Shown here: piece after piece, positions 23,239 through 24,000 of the stretch | Layout of the letters: the number at the start of each line of letters is the position of its first letter | How positions within the stretch are numbered: position 1 is the stretch's first letter | Assembly (NCBI GenBank): GCA_001443365.1 | Contig: LDXL01000001.1 | Coordinates: 152,289 to 176,288 of the forward strand | Length of the DNA: 24,000 nt | DNA from: Thaumarchaeota archaeon CSP1-1 | Lineage (GTDB): Archaea; Thermoproteota; Nitrososphaeria; Nitrososphaerales; Nitrosopumilaceae | Direction of reading: 5' to 3' | Made by a program: the position numbers and the translations under genes | The notes under the pieces: generated by a model | Database searches by the model: none | What the model was told of the DNA's origin: nothing | Seen by the model: the letters and a program-made list of their open reading frames with translations, nothing else

Positions 23239-24000
23239 TTATTCTATGATATTCTTCTTCAGCTCTTTCTAAAAGTTGTTGGGAAGTAATGCCCGTTTTC
23301 AAAATTGCTGAGATCATTGTCCCACCAGCCCCTGCTCCTTCTTTAACAAATCCTTCTGAGAAAGACTTTAGTCCTTGAATTTTTGAATCTTCTAACTTTG
23401 GATTCACGGCTAGTATTGGAATATCATCAATTTCTTTTATGGTATCCAAGAAGTTTGCTGAATCATCATTAACTATGTAGGAAGTTGTCCCGATTGCAAC
23501 ATTGTTTTTATCGTACCCTGTAGAATGACCAAGAGCTAATACTGCAGCCATTTGAGTGCCTCCAGCTAAAAGTACCTTGCAAGTTTGGGAAGCTGTACTT
23601 AACATACCTGCAACTAGTGGAATCATAGGATCTCCCATATTTGCAATGACATCAAATGAATCCTTGGAACGAGATCTACTCAATGCAGCATTAACAACCT
23701 GGTTTTTTAGATCTAGAGGATTTTTTGGAATGCTGGAGCTAACACTAGCATTAATGCCAAATCCTCTCATTACTGCCATGGCAGTAGTTGTTCCACCTGG
23801 AATACTCTCACCAATTATCAGACAATCAGTTAACGCCCCAAGTGTTCTACCAATTATCCTTCCATGTTCAACGGCGCGTAATACATAGTAACGATCTAAT
23901 GCAGATTCATCTCTGATGTTTTTCCCAGGTTCTAATCCTGTCTCAAAATATGGTACATCGGGGAGAATTTTGCTTCCAGCATTAATTATGACATGTGGTA
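23225..24000 (-). CDS. cobT: Archaeal CobT-type nicotinate-nucleotide--dimethylbenzimidazole phosphoribosyltransferase-like protein (UPF0284 family), 5' end outside window
   Basis: My own translation upstream of the listed Met stays open to the window edge: PHVIINAGSKILPDVPYFETGLEPGKNIRDESALDRYYVLRAVEHGRIIGRTLGALTDCLIIGESIPGGTTTAMAVMRGFG. GE-x-IPGGTTTA is the signature of the archaeal CobT family. The gene overlaps the glmS 3' end convergently by 14 nt. Confidence 0.7.
   Translation of the reverse strand, partial: PHVIINAGSKILPDVPYFETGLEPGKNIRDESALDRYYVLRAVEHGRIIGRTLGALTDCLIIGESIPGGTTTAMAVMRGFGINASVSSSIPKNPLDLKNQVVNAALSRSRSKDSFDVIANMGDPMIPLVAGMLSTASQTCKVLLAGGTQMAAVLALGHSTGYDKNNVAIGTTSYIVNDDSANFLDTIKEIDDIPILAVNPKLEDSKIQGLKSFSEGFVKEGAGAGGTMISAILKTGITSQQLLERAEEEYHRIITLP

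Noticed and set aside
130-23888. Many 60-110-aa ORFs in the six-frame track lie inside or antisense to larger genes. Examples: 130..360-, 1504..1761+, 2600..2854+, 6410..6622-, 7281..7490-, 8604..8795+, 9247..9450+, 9904..10137+, 10621..10821+ and 10861..11052+. Further examples: 11810..12043-, 11860..12138+, 14231..14422+, 14444..14770+, 14704..14976+, 15701..15892+, 16399..16611-, 17252..17482+ and 18215..18403+. Also 20603..20797-, 21224..21523-, 21538..21741-, 22362..22580- and 23556..23888+.
   Set aside because: Each is fully overlapped by a longer ORF with clear family signatures. Their translations are low-complexity or hydrophobic mirror images typical of shadow ORFs in AT-rich DNA, and none has an upstream TATA-like element in a free intergenic region.
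1-24000. Search for CRISPR arrays, tRNA/rRNA genes, transposases/integrases, terminal inverted repeats and toxin-antitoxin pairs
   Set aside because: No regularly spaced direct repeats were seen, and no intergenic gap is long enough or GC-rich enough for a structured RNA gene. No ORF has transposase, integrase or nuclease signatures. The window looks like core chromosome rather than an island.

Overview
This is an AT-rich (by eye about one-third G+C, not computed), very gene-dense archaeal chromosome segment. The gene content suggests an ammonia-oxidising thaumarchaeon of the Nitrosopumilus type (inference): archaeal uS13/uS4, an archaeal-type CobT, a PEFG-type sorting signal, a two-domain multicopper oxidase overlapping a ZIP permease, and large secreted proteins. 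In order, the window holds a PEFG-CTERM surface protein fragment, then iscS<-larE<-larC (minus strand) facing mdh->larB (plus strand). Next come a VIT1/CCC1 transporter, a 525-aa radical SAM protein, a small hypothetical, a CFI-box-like anchored secreted protein and a 1086-aa surface protein. These are followed by a CDF exporter (split), a ZIP permease overlapping a two-domain multicopper oxidase, and a small membrane protein. A minus-strand operon then encodes a MoxR/ChlI-like AAA+ ATPase, a vWA(MIDAS) protein (split) and a small wHTH protein. The window ends with rps13, rps4, glmS and a partial archaeal cobT-like gene. I saw no rRNA, tRNA, CRISPR array or mobile element. Points worth a second look: (1) a nickel-pincer-cofactor (LarBCE) gene set with a coupled cysteine desulfurase, a three-Cys LarE and no LarA client. 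(2) Three genes (larC, CDF, vWA) each need a +1 shift to restore a conserved full-length protein. (3) The CDF exporter has a triplicated cytoplasmic domain. (4) The MCO-ZIP overlapping pair has a palindromic element in its promoter. (5) The AAA+/vWA/wHTH operon sits next to the metal-handling genes.
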